Below, one piece after another: positions 34,621-44,182 of a stretch of DNA of 64,000 nucleotides (positions are counted from its first letter, which is position 1; each line of letters opens with the position of its first letter). Source of the DNA: Burkholderiales bacterium (GTDB lineage Bacteria > Pseudomonadota > Gammaproteobacteria > Burkholderiales > Burkholderiaceae_C). The notes under the pieces are model-generated. The model was not told where the DNA came from. It searched no databases and worked only from the letters and a program-made list of their open reading frames with translations. The stretch lies in assembly GCA_038327925.1 (NCBI GenBank), contig JBBQLM010000020.1, forward strand, positions 9,569 through 73,568, given 5' to 3'. Position numbers and translations under genes: made by a program.

Positions 34621-37600
34621 TCAAGCGGGCTCGGCCGCGTTTTGTGTCGGTTGAACGGAGCGGCCGCGTTGCAGCAGCACATAGAAAATCGGGGTGAACA
34701 ACAAGCCGGCCAGGGTCACGGCCAGCATCCCCGCGAACACCGCGATGCCGACCGCCTGGCGCATCTCGGCACCGGCGCCGCTGGCGAACACCAGCGGCAG
34801 CACACCCATGACGAACGCCAGCGAGGTCATCAGGATCGGGCGCAGGCGCAGGCGGGCGGCCTGCACCACGGCGTCGCGGGCACTCAAACCCTGATGTTGC
34901 AGGCGCCGTGCGAATTCCACGATCAGAATCGAGTTCTTGGTCGCCAGCCCAATCAGCACCACGAAGGCGATCTGCGTGAACAGGTTGTTGTCGCCCCGGG
35001 TGACCCAGACGCCGGCCAGCGCGCCGAGCAACACCGTCGGCACGATCGCCAGCACCGACAGCGGCAGGGCCCAGCTCCCGTACATCGCAGCCAGGATCAG
35101 GAAAGCCAGGCCCACCGCCAGCGGGAACACCAGCAGGCCGCTCGAACCCTCGCGCTGCTGCTGGTAGGTCAGGTCGGTCCATTCGTAACCGAAGCCGGTC
35201 GGCAGCTCGCGCGCCAGGATCTTCTCCATCGCGGCAACCGCGTCGCCGGCGCTGACGCCGGGCGCCGGGCCGCCCGACAGGTCGGCGGACGCAAACCCGT
35301 TGTAGCGGCTGATCGGGTCCGGCCCAGTGGTTTCGCGCAGGTTCACGAGCGAGGCCAGCGGCACCATCTGGCCGCCGCCATTGCGCGTCCACAGGCGGGA
35401 CACCGCGTCGGCATCGGTGCGGAAGCTGGCGTCGGCCTGCACGTTGACCTGCCAGGCGCGGCCCAGGTAGTTGAAGTCGTTGACGTAGAGCGAGCCCAGG
35501 TAGACCTGCATCGCTTCAGCCAGCGCATTCAGCGGAACCCCCATGGCCTTGGCCTTCTCGCGGTCGATCTCGGCCGAGAGTTGCGGCACCTGGGCCTGGT
35601 AGCCCGACATCAGGCCGGCCAGGCGCGGGTCCTTGCCGGCGGCGACCATGACGCGCTGCAGGGCTTTTTCGAGTTCCTGGGGTCCGAGTCGCGCCTTGTC
35701 CTGGATCTGTAGCTTGAAGCCGCCGGTCTGGCCCAGACCGGGCACCGGTGGCGGCGGGAAGATGGCCACGAAACCCTCGTCGATGACGCCGAACTTGCCA
35801 TTCAGGCTGCCGGCAATCGCGCCCGCGGCCAGGCTCTTGTCCTTGCGTTGCTCGAACGGGTCGAGCATCGCGAACACCACGGCGGCGCTCGGGCTGTTGA
35901 CGAAGCCATTGATCGACAGGCCGGGGAAGGCCACCACGCTTTCGACCCCAGGATGTTCGAGCGTGATGCGTGTCATTTCGCGCGTGACTGCCTCGGTGCG
36001 GTCCAGTGAGGCGCCGGGCGGCAATTGCACGATCCCGACCAGGAAATATTTGTCCTGTGCCGGCACGAAGCCGGTCGGCGTGGCACGGAAGGCGAACACG
36101 GTCAATCCCACCAGCGCCGCATAGAGCAGCAACAGGCGGGAACTGCGACGCACCGCCTGGCCAGTGAACGCGCCATAGCGAGCCGACAGCGTGTCAAAGC
36201 CCCGGTTGAAGGCACCGAACCAGCGCGTCAGCGCGTTGTGCGGCGCTTGCGCGGCGTGCGGCTTGAGCAGCAGCGCAGCCAGTGCCGGGCTCAGCGTCAG
36301 CGAGTTGATGGCCGAGAGCACGGTGGAAATCGCGATGGTCAGGGCGAACTGCCGGTAGAACTGGCCCGACAGGCCCGGCATGAAGGCGGTCGGAATGAAG
36401 ACCGCGGCCAGCACGGCGGTGATGGCCAGGATCGGGCCGGTCACCTCCTGCATCGCCCGCAAGGCGGCATCGCGCGGCTTCAGGCCGTTGGCGAGGTGCC
36501 GCTCCACGTTCTCCACCACCACGATGGCGTCGTCCACCACGATGCCGATCGACAGCACCAGACCGAACAACGACAGCGTGTTGAGCGAAAAGCCGAACAG
36601 TTGCATGGCCGCCAGCGTGCCGACCAGCGACACCGGCACCGCCGCGATCGGGATCAGCGCGGCGCGCCAGTTCTGCAGGAACAGCAGCACCACCAGCACC
36701 ACCAGCGCGACCGCTTCGGCCAGCGTCTGCAGCACGTTGCTGATGGAGGCCTTGACGAACAGCGTGGGGTCGTAGGCGACGCGGTGTTCGATGCCCTGCG
36801 GAAAGTCCTGCTGCATTTTCTGCATCGCCGCGCGCACGTCGGAGGCCACTTTCAGGGCGCTGGCCGAGGCGGTCTGCGTGATCTGCAACGCCACGGCGGG
36901 CTGGTTGTCGAGCAGGCTGCGCAGGCTGTACTGGCTGGCGCCGAGCTCGATGCGCGCCACGCTGGAGAGCTTGAGCTGCTCGCCTTGCGCGCCGGTGCGA
37001 ATCACGATGTCGCCGAACGCTTCCAGCGAAGTCAGGCGCCCGGTGACAGACAGCGGCAACTGCTGGCGCGAACTGGCGTCCGGCTGGCCGACCGAGCCGG
37101 CTGCCACCTGCATGTTCTGCTCGCGAATGGCTGCCACCACATCGCCGGCGGTCAGGCCAAAGGCCAGCATGCGCTCGGGGTCGAGCCAGACGCGCAGGCT
37201 GTATTCACCGGCGCCCCAGACCGCCACGCTTTGCACGCCCGGCACGCGCAACAAGGTGTCGCGGATGTTCAGTTGCGCAAAGTTTGACAAATGCAGCAGG
37301 TCGTAGCGCTGGTCCGGCGACACCAGATGCACCACCATCAGCATGTCGGGCGACACTTTCTCGCTGATCACGCCGATGCGCTGAACCTCTGCCGGAAGCC
37401 GGGGCAGCGCGCGCGAGACCCGGTTTTGCACCTCGGTCTCGGCGCGGGCCGGGTCCACGCCCTGCTCAAAGGTCAGCTTGAGCGTGTAGCGGCCGTCGCC
37501 GGTCGATTGCGAACCCATGTACTGCAGACCGGTCAAGCCGTTGAGCTCGGTTTCCAGCGGCGTGGCGACGGTGTCGGCGATGACGGCGGGGTTGGCGCCG

Positions 37601-37755
37601 GGGTACGTCGCGACAACGTTGACCGTGGGCGGCATCACGTTGGGGTACTCGGTGAGCGGCAGTCGTCCCATGCTGGCCAGGCCGGCCAGCAGAATCATGA
37701 GCGACAGCACGATCGAGATGATCGGGCGGTCGATGAAAAGGCGTGCGAATTTCAT
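34621..37755 (-). CDS. RND efflux transporter permease (AcrB/HAE1 type)
   Basis: 1044 aa. N-terminus MKFARLFIDRPIISIVLSLMILLAGL... is typical, as is the 12-TM, two-large-loop layout. Confidence 0.95.
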   Translation of the reverse strand: MKFARLFIDRPIISIVLSLMILLAGLASMGRLPLTEYPNVMPPTVNVVATYPGANPAVIADTVATPLETELNGLTGLQYMGSQSTGDGRYTLKLTFEQGVDPARAETEVQNRVSRALPRLPAEVQRIGVISEKVSPDMLMVVHLVSPDQRYDLLHLSNFAQLNIRDTLLRVPGVQSVAVWGAGEYSLRVWLDPERMLAFGLTAGDVVAAIREQNMQVAAGSVGQPDASSRQQLPLSVTGRLTSLEAFGDIVIRTGAQGEQLKLSSVARIELGASQYSLRSLLDNQPAVALQITQTASASALKVASDVRAAMQKMQQDFPQGIEHRVAYDPTLFVKASISNVLQTLAEAVALVVLVVLLFLQNWRAALIPIAAVPVSLVGTLAAMQLFGFSLNTLSLFGLVLSIGIVVDDAIVVVENVERHLANGLKPRDAALRAMQEVTGPILAITAVLAAVFIPTAFMPGLSGQFYRQFALTIAISTVLSAINSLTLSPALAALLLKPHAAQAPHNALTRWFGAFNRGFDTLSARYGAFTGQAVRRSSRLLLLYAALVGLTVFAFRATPTGFVPAQDKYFLVGIVQLPPGASLDRTEAVTREMTRITLEHPGVESVVAFPGLSINGFVNSPSAAVVFAMLDPFEQRKDKSLAAGAIAGSLNGKFGVIDEGFVAIFPPPPVPGLGQTGGFKLQIQDKARLGPQELEKALQRVMVAAGKDPRLAGLMSGYQAQVPQLSAEIDREKAKAMGVPLNALAEAMQVYLGSLYVNDFNYLGRAWQVNVQADASFRTDADAVSRLWTRNGGGQMVPLASLVNLRETTGPDPISRYNGFASADLSGGPAPGVSAGDAVAAMEKILARELPTGFGYEWTDLTYQQQREGSSGLLVFPLAVGLAFLILAAMYGSWALPLSVLAIVPTVLLGALAGVWVTRGDNNLFTQIAFVVLIGLATKNSILIVEFARRLQHQGLSARDAVVQAARLRLRPILMTSLAFVMGVLPLVFASGAGAEMRQAVGIAVFAGMLAVTLAGLLFTPIFYVLLQRGRSVQPTQNAAEPA

Positions 37756-37764
37756 GACAACTCC

Positions 37765-38958
37765 TCAGCTTTGGGTGGACGTGGCAGGCCGGGCCTGTGC
37801 CGAAACGGGCTTGGCGTCAACCGGCTGCGGCTGAACCTTCATGCCCGGGCGCACCTTCATCAGCCCGGAGACGATGACCTGCTCGCCGGCTTTCAGGCCA
37901 CTGTTGACGATGCGCTGCTCACCGTGCTGCGCGCCGACCTTGACAAAGCGGTGCTCCACTTGCTGGTCCTTGACCACCATCACGAAGCGCTGTCCCTGGT
38001 CGCTCGCAATCGCCTTTTCGGGGACCAGCAGGCTGTCGCGCGCCGCGCCGGCGAGCTGGACCCGAACGAATTGCCCGGGCACCAACGTATTGCCCGGCTT
38101 GTCGATGCGCGCCCGCAGCCGCAAGGTTCCGGCCTGGCTGGCGATCTCGCTGTCAACAAAGTCGATAGGCGCCGTGGCCAGTTCGGCGTCGCTGTGCGAG
38201 TCCAGGATGCGGGCCTGCCACTTTTGGCCCTTGCGATCCGCGGTCAGTTGGCTGATCACGGCCGGATCGCCCGCGTCGAAGTAAACATGAAGGGGTGCCG
38301 TGCCAGTCAAGGTTGCCAGTGGCGCCTGGGCCGAACCCACGCCGACGTAGTTGCCGGCCGTGACGAAGGCCCGGCCGATGCGGCCGTCCACCTGTGCTTT
38401 GACCAGCGCGAATTCTCGATCCAGGGCAGCCACTTGGACGGCTGCCTGCGCTGCGGCGCTGCGGGCCTGTGCTTCAGCCAGCGCGGCGACGCGGCGCTCG
38501 GCCTCCTCGGCGGCGATGGCCTGTTCTTGCTGCAGGCGCTGCGCGCGCTGGGCCTCGCTGCGTGCCAGCGTTTCTTTCGCCAGTGCCAGTTGCAGATCGG
38601 CTTGTGCGCGGGCCAACGCGGCGTCGAACGGACGCGTGTCGATGCGGAACAGCGCCTGGCCAGCGCGAACCATCTCGCCTTCGCGGAACAGCACCGCGTC
38701 GATGTAGCCGGCCACGCGCGGACGGATCTCTACCCGCTGGGACGCCTCGACGCGCCCGACCTGGGCAAACTGCGGCTCGACCGCGCGTTGCACGACCGGC
38801 ACGACCGTGACCGCCGGCGCGGCAGCGGCCTCGGGCAGGCCGGCCTGGGCCGTGCCAACCGTTGGCTGGCACGCAGTGATGGTCGCCGCGGCGGCGATGG
38901 CTAGCGCAGTCTTGTGGAAGGCGGCCCGCAGCGCGGGCTTGGAGGAACGGTTGTGCAT
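37765..38958 (-). CDS. RND efflux periplasmic adaptor (membrane fusion protein), lipoprotein
   Basis: ORF 37765..39105, start moved to ATG 38958 (MHNRSSKPALRAAFHKTALAIAAAATITAC, lipobox, SD GGAG upstream). Has a coiled-coil hairpin (AEEAERRVAALAEAQARSAAAQ). Confidence 0.85.
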   Translation of the reverse strand: MHNRSSKPALRAAFHKTALAIAAAATITACQPTVGTAQAGLPEAAAAPAVTVVPVVQRAVEPQFAQVGRVEASQRVEIRPRVAGYIDAVLFREGEMVRAGQALFRIDTRPFDAALARAQADLQLALAKETLARSEAQRAQRLQQEQAIAAEEAERRVAALAEAQARSAAAQAAVQVAALDREFALVKAQVDGRIGRAFVTAGNYVGVGSAQAPLATLTGTAPLHVYFDAGDPAVISQLTADRKGQKWQARILDSHSDAELATAPIDFVDSEIASQAGTLRLRARIDKPGNTLVPGQFVRVQLAGAARDSLLVPEKAIASDQGQRFVMVVKDQQVEHRFVKVGAQHGEQRIVNSGLKAGEQVIVSGLMKVRPGMKVQPQPVDAKPVSAQARPATSTQS

Positions 38959-38991
38959 GGAGGACTCCGGGTTGGTTAAGAAGGCCTCCAT

Positions 38992-39065
38992 GCTTGACCT
39001 TGACGCGATGGCAAGGTCAAGCGCCGCGTGCGTTTTATTTTGTCCTTGACCTTGCCATCGCGTCA
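38992..39065. promoter_or_regulatory. Nested/alternative inverted repeats between RND operon and DUF1127 gene
   Basis: An 11-bp perfect inverted repeat GCTTGACCTTG (38992-39002) / CAAGGTCAAGC (39012-39022). In addition, the 21-nt segment 39001-39021 is exactly reverse-complementary to 39045-39065. The intervening loop contains TTTTATTTT. Confidence 0.5.
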
Positions 39066-39124
39066 GGGATGAACCTTGCGTCTGGTCACACCGACCGATC
39101 GTCACTTACCGCAAGGAGCGCTTC

Positions 39125-39316
39125 ATGAATACGACCCTCATCCTCTCGCGCTTTGGCGCCTGGTTTTCACGCCTGCTGTGCCAGTGGCGCGAAGCGCGCC
39201 GTTTGCAACGCGGCCTGGCCGAATTGGCCACCATGAGCGGGCACGAACTGCGCGACATTGGTATCTCGCACGCCTCGGTGGCAGCCACTGCGCGCCGGGA
39301 AACCTGTTGTGCCTGA
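39125..39316 (+). CDS. DUF1127-domain small protein
   Basis: 63 aa with SD AAGGAG upstream. ...RRLQRGLAELATMSGHELRDIGISH... fits the DUF1127 pattern. Confidence 0.6.
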   Translation: MNTTLILSRFGAWFSRLLCQWREARRLQRGLAELATMSGHELRDIGISHASVAATARRETCCA

Positions 39317-39318
39317 GA

Positions 39319-39570
39319 AGCGTGCACCACCAATCCCTGCATTACTTCGTCGCCAAAGCGCAATGGAGCGATCAGGAGCTGCTGCGACGTGTGGCCCAGT
39401 GGGTAGTGCCGCAAATGGACTTCAGCACTGGCGGCTGGTGGATCATTGATGACACCGGTTTCCCCAAGAAGGGCCGCCATTCGGTGGGCGTAACCCGCCA
39501 ATACTGCGGCGTACTGGGCGAACAAGGCAGTCTGCCGGTGGCCTGGCAACTGTACTTGCCGCACAACTGG
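39319..39570 (+). pseudogene. IS701-family transposase remnant (N-terminal fragment with internal deletion)
   Basis: ...HQSLHYFVAKAQWSDQELLRRV...WWIIDDTGFPKKGRHSVGVTRQYCGVLGEQ|GSLPVAWQLYLPHNW. This is the characteristic IS701-type DDE N-region. There is no catalytic C-terminal half and I found no inverted repeats. Confidence 0.6.
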
Positions 39571-39729
39571 GTGAAAGCCTGGCCCTGGCCAAACGCGCTC
39601 ATTCCATTTGACAAAATCATCGCTACATTGCCGACCGCCGTACCCCGCATTGAATGACCGGTTTAGAGCGAGCTCAACGGAAAGGCGACGAGCCGCACGG
39701 AGCCCCCCCATTTCTGGTCTTGCGCAGCC

Positions 39730-40398
39730 CTACAGCGGCACGGTTTTGATTCGCGCGCTGCGAAACGTCAGGTTGATGCGCCGGCGCCCCAGCAGCGCAT
39801 GCACACCCTCCTCCAGCGGCTGTACGCCGTGGTAGGCCAGGCGCGATTGCCCGCCCCACACCACCACATCGCCGTGCACCAGCCGGTAACGCCGCGGGCG
39901 GTCCTTGCGCACCGGCGTGCCGAACAGGAACACGGCGCTCAGACCCAGCGACACGGACACGATGGGGGCGGACAGGTCCTTCTCGTCCTTGTCCTGGTGC
40001 AGCGACAGCTTGGCACCGGGCACATACTGGTTGATCAGGCAGGCCTCGGGCTGGAAGTTCGCATAGCCGGCCTCAAGGGCGGCGTCTTGCGCCAGCGCCA
40101 GCAAACACGGCGGCATGGCGGGCCAGGGCAGACGCGTCTGCGGGTCTTGCGCAGCATAGCGGTAGCCATGCGGGTCCGAAACCCAGCCTAAAGCGCCGCA
40201 ACTGGTGGTGGCCACCGACATGGTGTAGCCACCGGGCGTCTGCATGTGGCGCAGCGGCGCCTGCGTGATGACGGCTTCAACGGCCTGCAGCAGGGCCACG
40301 TCCGCATCACGCGCCCAGCCGCGCAGCAGCACGGCGCCGGGTGCCAGGGCCAGGCGCGCGCTGTCGGGGTGCGGCGGGAGATCGTCGAAGAGATCCAC
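39730..40398 (-). CDS. alkB: Alpha-ketoglutarate-dependent DNA dioxygenase AlkB
   Basis: 222 aa with a GTG start. Motifs: ...HGYRY...WPAMP..., ...INQYVPGAKLSLHQDKDE... (HxD), ...RLAYHGVQPL.... Confidence 0.85.
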   Translation of the reverse strand: MDLFDDLPPHPDSARLALAPGAVLLRGWARDADVALLQAVEAVITQAPLRHMQTPGGYTMSVATTSCGALGWVSDPHGYRYAAQDPQTRLPWPAMPPCLLALAQDAALEAGYANFQPEACLINQYVPGAKLSLHQDKDEKDLSAPIVSVSLGLSAVFLFGTPVRKDRPRRYRLVHGDVVVWGGQSRLAYHGVQPLEEGVHALLGRRRINLTFRSARIKTVPL

Positions 40399-40410
40399 GG
40401 GGAGTTAAAT

Positions 40411-40467
40411 TGCTACTATTTTGATAGCTATCTACGCAATATCCACGAGGGCTAGTGGCCAATTTTG
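40411..40467 (+). repeat. REP-like repeat, copy 6
   Basis: tgctactattttgatagctatctacgcaatatccacgagggctagtggccaattttg. Confidence 0.8.
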
Positions 40468-40539
40468 CATAAAACCACTTGGGAACCTGATTGCAGTGTA
40501 GCCAAACTGCAGCACAAGGGAATAGCGGACAATCCGTGG

Positions 40540-41430
40540 ATGAAAGCTCCCCCCAGACTCCAGTCCCTGATCGAAGAAGGCCTGATCGACACCGTTGTGC
40601 GCCAGCTCATGAGTGGCAAGGAAGCCATGGTGTTTGTGGTGCGCTGCACGCACGCCGGCATCAGTGAGACGCGTTGCGCCAAGATCTACAAGGAGGCCAA
40701 CAACCGCAGCTTCCGCCAGGCCGTCGATTACACCGAAAACCGCAAGGTCAAGAACTCACGATCCGCCCGCGCCATCGCCAAGGGCAGCCGGTTTGGCCGC
40801 CAGGAGCAGGAGGCTGCCTGGCAGAGTGCCGAGGTGGACGCGCTGTACCGCCTGGCCGCCGCCGGCGTGCGCGTGCCGCAGCCCTACAACTTTCACGATG
40901 GTGTGCTGCTGATGGAACTAGTGACCGACGCGCACGGCGACGCCGCCCCGCGCCTGAACGATGTGGCCTTCACAGCGAGCCAAGCGCGCGCCCACCACGC
41001 CACGCTGATTGCCGAGGTGGTGCGCATGCTGTGCGCGGGGGTGGTGCACGGGGACCTGTCGGAGTTCAACATCCTGCTGGCGCACACGCCGGGTGCGGAT
41101 GGTGCGGACGGCATCGACGAGCCGGTGATCATTGACCTGCCGCAGGCGGTGGACGCTGCCGGCAACAACCACGCCCAGCGCATGCTGCTGCGCGATGTGG
41201 CCAACCTGCGTGACTTCTTTGGCCAGTTTGCCCCGGAGCTGCTAACCACCCAGTTCGGTCCCGAGATCTGGAGCCTGTACCAGGCCGGCCTGCTGAGCAA
41301 TGAGACCGCACTCACCGGCCATTTTGAGCGCGCCCATGCCGATGTGGACATGCAAGGCGTGCTGCGCGAGATTGACGATGCCCGGGCCGAAGACGCCGCG
41401 CGGCGTCTTCGCATGGCAACGCCCACCTGA
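40540..41430 (+). CDS. RIO1-family serine protein kinase
   Basis: ORF 40465..41430, start moved to ATG 40540 because the longer start lies inside the REP copy. Motifs: ...SGKEAMVFVV..., ...VHGDLSEFNILL..., ...IIDLPQAVD.... Confidence 0.8.
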   Translation: MKAPPRLQSLIEEGLIDTVVRQLMSGKEAMVFVVRCTHAGISETRCAKIYKEANNRSFRQAVDYTENRKVKNSRSARAIAKGSRFGRQEQEAAWQSAEVDALYRLAAAGVRVPQPYNFHDGVLLMELVTDAHGDAAPRLNDVAFTASQARAHHATLIAEVVRMLCAGVVHGDLSEFNILLAHTPGADGADGIDEPVIIDLPQAVDAAGNNHAQRMLLRDVANLRDFFGQFAPELLTTQFGPEIWSLYQAGLLSNETALTGHFERAHADVDMQGVLREIDDARAEDAARRLRMATPT

Positions 41431-41438
41431 GGATCGGG

Positions 41439-41876
41439 TCAGCGCGTAATCGCCACCAGCACGCTGCACGGAGCCTGTGCGATCAGCGCCTTGGAGACCG
41501 AACTCTTCCACCAGCGCGCGGCCCAGCCATCCAGGTGCTTGTGGCCGACGACGATGAGGTCCGCGTCGATTTTCTTGGCGTAGTCCGTTATCTCGTCCAC
41601 CGTGTCCCCCGTCAACAGCGCGCCTTTGGCCTGATGGCCGGCAACCTGGAGGCGATGCAGGCCTTCGTCCAGCACGGCCTGCATGGTCTGCTTTTCGCGC
41701 TCCATCATGCCGCTGTCATAAACGCCGCCTTCGGTGGAGACCAGGCCGATGTTGATGGGCAGCACCGCCACCAGCGACAGCTCGGCCTGGGACCACTGCG
41801 CCAGGTCCTGGCAATCCAGCAGTGCCTTCTGGCCGCTCTGCGAGCCGTCATATGCCAACAGAATGCGCTTGTACAT
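41439..41876 (-). CDS. Universal stress protein (UspA family)
   Basis: 145 aa. MYKRILLAYDGS... and ...ADLIVVGHKH...SVSKALIAQAPCSVLV. Confidence 0.85.
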   Translation of the reverse strand: MYKRILLAYDGSQSGQKALLDCQDLAQWSQAELSLVAVLPINIGLVSTEGGVYDSGMMEREKQTMQAVLDEGLHRLQVAGHQAKGALLTGDTVDEITDYAKKIDADLIVVGHKHLDGWAARWWKSSVSKALIAQAPCSVLVAITR

Positions 41877-42044
41877 GGTGACCTCCTGTTTTGTCGTATT
41901 GGGGGAATGTGATGGACCGTCGCTGTGAGCATAGGCGCAGGCGCGTGCATGCGCAAGCCCTGCCGGTCAAGGCCCAGCGCTACGTGGCCGAGGCCCAGCG
42001 CCTGCAAGTGCGCGCGGGCTGGCGATTCCCGCAAGCTCCTGAAT

Positions 42045-42088
42045 TGATAGCAACTGAAGCATATTCCACGAGGGCCAGGGCCGAAAAT
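42045..42088 (+). repeat. REP-like repeat, copy 7 (partial)
   Basis: tgatagcaactgaagcatattccacgagggccagggccgaaaatg. Confidence 0.6.
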
Positions 42089-42168
42089 GACCAAAAACCA
42101 TTTGGGGTGGCGGCCATCCACCCGGTTCGGTCAGCCCGCGCTATATAGTGACGCACCAAGGAGTCCCC

Positions 42169-42447
42169 ATGTCCAAAGCTTCCCTCGTTTCCGCCATCGT
42201 CGCCGGGTCCATCGTGGCCCTGGCCTTTGTCCTCAACCCGTCTCCCGAACAGCACCGCACCAAGATCAAGGAGGCCATCGCCGAGCGCAGCCCGTTGGCC
42301 GGGATGCTGGGCATGGGCGCGCTCGCGGCATTCAGCTCGACCTACCACCCGCTGGGCGTGGCGTCCTACACCACGGTGAATGACCGCACCGTCTCCATCG
42401 GCGCATTGGGCATGGTGTTCTTCATACAGCCGTCGCAGGACAAGTGA
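42169..42447 (+). CDS. Small membrane protein, unknown function
   Basis: Start moved to ATG 42169 (SD AAGGAG upstream). Has an N-terminal TM segment (SLVSAIVAGSIVALAFVL). Its stop overlaps the next gene start. Confidence 0.55.
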   Translation: MSKASLVSAIVAGSIVALAFVLNPSPEQHRTKIKEAIAERSPLAGMLGMGALAAFSSTYHPLGVASYTTVNDRTVSIGALGMVFFIQPSQDK

Positions 42448-43529
42448 AAACCCGCGCTGCAATCGCCTGTGCCGCGCTGGCAGTCGCCTGGCTGGTGGCG
42501 GGCTGCACGGACACGCGCTACCTGCTGCAGTCCGCCACCGGGCATCTGCAGATCATGCAGGCGGCCCGCCCGGTGGATGACTGGCTGGGTGACGACAACA
42601 CGCCACCAACACTGAAGCAACGCCTGCAACAGGCACAGGAGATTCGGCGCTTTGCGGTGAGCGCGCTGCACCTGCCGGACAACGCCAGCTACCAGCGCTA
42701 TGCGCAGTTGCAGCGCCGCGCCGTAGTGTGGAACGTGGTGGCGGCGCCGCCCTATTCGCTGACACTCAAGACCTGGTGCTTTCCGGTGACGGGTTGCGTG
42801 GGTTACCGCGGCTACTTTGACGAGCGCGATGCGCAGGCGCTGGCCACCGAGCTGCGCGCACAGGATGGGCTGGAGGCGCGTGTCTATGGCGTGCCGGCCT
42901 ACTCGACCCTGGGCTGGACCAACTGGCTGGGTGGTGACCCGCTGCTGAGCACCTTCATCGACTACCCGCAGGGAGAACTGGCGCGCATGGTCTTCCACGA
43001 GCTGGCGCACCAGGTGCTGTATGTGAAAGACGACACCGCGTTCAACGAGTCGTTTGCCACGGCGGTGGAGCGCCTGGGCAGTGCCGCCTGGCTCGCCAGC
43101 CAGGCCGGCGCCGCGGCCCAGGCGGAATACACCGCCTTCGATGTGCGACGTCAGGCATTTCGGGCCCTGGCTGCGCGCACGCGCCAGACGCTGCTGGCGG
43201 TCTATGCACCGGATCGCCTGCCCCAGCCCAGCGCCGAGCAACTGGCAGCGCAAAAGGCCGTCGCCTATGCCGAGTTCCGCCAGGCCTATGCCGAGCTCAA
43301 GGCCCGTTGGGGCGGCTACGACCGCTATGACGCCTGGGTCGCCACCGCCAACAACGCCGCCTTTGGCGCACTGGCCGCGTATGACGAATGGGTTGGCGCG
43401 TTCGAGGCCCTGTTCCACGCCGGGTCGGACAACTGGCCGGCCTTTTACGCGGCCACCCGGCAGTTGGCCGCGTTGCCGCGCGAGGAGCGAACCGCGCGCC
43501 TGCAACAACTGAAGGCCGGGGACCGCTAG
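42444..43529 (+). CDS. Putative zinc aminopeptidase lipoprotein
   Basis: Lipobox ...AWLVAGC and HExxH (FHELAHQV). Assignment to the 'predicted aminopeptidase' family is tentative. Confidence 0.7.
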   Translation: MKTRAAIACAALAVAWLVAGCTDTRYLLQSATGHLQIMQAARPVDDWLGDDNTPPTLKQRLQQAQEIRRFAVSALHLPDNASYQRYAQLQRRAVVWNVVAAPPYSLTLKTWCFPVTGCVGYRGYFDERDAQALATELRAQDGLEARVYGVPAYSTLGWTNWLGGDPLLSTFIDYPQGELARMVFHELAHQVLYVKDDTAFNESFATAVERLGSAAWLASQAGAAAQAEYTAFDVRRQAFRALAARTRQTLLAVYAPDRLPQPSAEQLAAQKAVAYAEFRQAYAELKARWGGYDRYDAWVATANNAAFGALAAYDEWVGAFEALFHAGSDNWPAFYAATRQLAALPREERTARLQQLKAGDR

Positions 43530-43575
43530 GCCATCAGGGACAGGCGACCCAGTTGGCCGCGTGTTTACCCAATTA

Positions 43576-43631
43576 AGCTACTAGTTTGATAGCTGCATAG
43601 GCATATTCCACGAGGGCTATAGGCCGATTTG
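43576..43631 (+). repeat. REP-like repeat, copy 8
   Basis: agctactagtttgatagctgcataggcatattccacgagggctataggccgatttg. Confidence 0.8.
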
Positions 43632-43711
43632 ACTAAGAATCGCTTGGCAAACCGGGACACCAGCCACCGGCCGTCCACGGCGCAGTCTCCGTTGTAAACT
43701 TTGCAACGACC

Positions 43712-44182
43712 ATGACGCCCACCGAGTTCGCCCTCTTCAAATACCAGCATGCCGACGCGGCCATCCGCAGCCCCGCGCGGCGCTGGTTCACCGGCATCAG
43801 CTTCGGCGTGGCGCTGCTGCTCATCGCCACCGGGTTCATCGTGTTCCCTGTGAGTCTGTTCGCCCTGCTGGTTCCCGTCCTGGCCTGGACCACGGCCAGC
43901 CGCCAGTTGCTGCTGGGGCCGCGCTACCTGCTGTGCGGCCAGACCATCGTCTATTACGCCAACGTCAAGCGCCTGACCCTGTCGCGCGGCACCGGCACGC
44001 TGCGCGTGCAGTCGCACAACGGCAAGAGCTTTTTGCTGGAGCGCGACAAGTTCCCCACCAACGCGCGCAAGACCGACAAGATCAAAAAGAACAAGGCCGC
44101 CAAGTTCGACAAGGTGGCCGACAAGATCATCGAGAAAGTGCGCAACGCCAGCCCCAACGCGGACGTGATCGGCGCCGGGTGA
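43712..44182 (+). CDS. Membrane protein (2 TM + soluble Lys-rich C-region), unknown function
   Basis: 156 aa with TM segments FTGISFGVALLLIATGFIVF and VSLFALLVPVLAW. The C-region RYLLCGQTIVYYANVKRLTLSRGTGTLRVQSHNGKSFLLERDKF could be bacterial-PH-like, which is speculative. The stop shares a nucleotide with the next start (TGATG). Confidence 0.6.
   Translation: MTPTEFALFKYQHADAAIRSPARRWFTGISFGVALLLIATGFIVFPVSLFALLVPVLAWTTASRQLLLGPRYLLCGQTIVYYANVKRLTLSRGTGTLRVQSHNGKSFLLERDKFPTNARKTDKIKKNKAAKFDKVADKIIEKVRNASPNADVIGAG

Noticed and set aside
33227-35392. A 721-aa ORF suggesting a much longer outer-membrane protein.
   Set aside because: The 5' 260 codons overlap the 3' end of the RND pump gene in another frame and are Arg/Gly/Pro-rich. 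A good SD plus ATG with a signal-like MRNFKLTALALAAALWAAPG lies at 34609, 12 nt after the pump gene stop.
39076-39657. A 193-aa ORF as an intact gene.
   Set aside because: It is a read-through ORF. Its first part overlaps the better-supported DUF1127 gene in another frame. Its second part is only a fragment of an IS701-type transposase with an internal deletion and no catalytic half, so it is called as a remnant instead.
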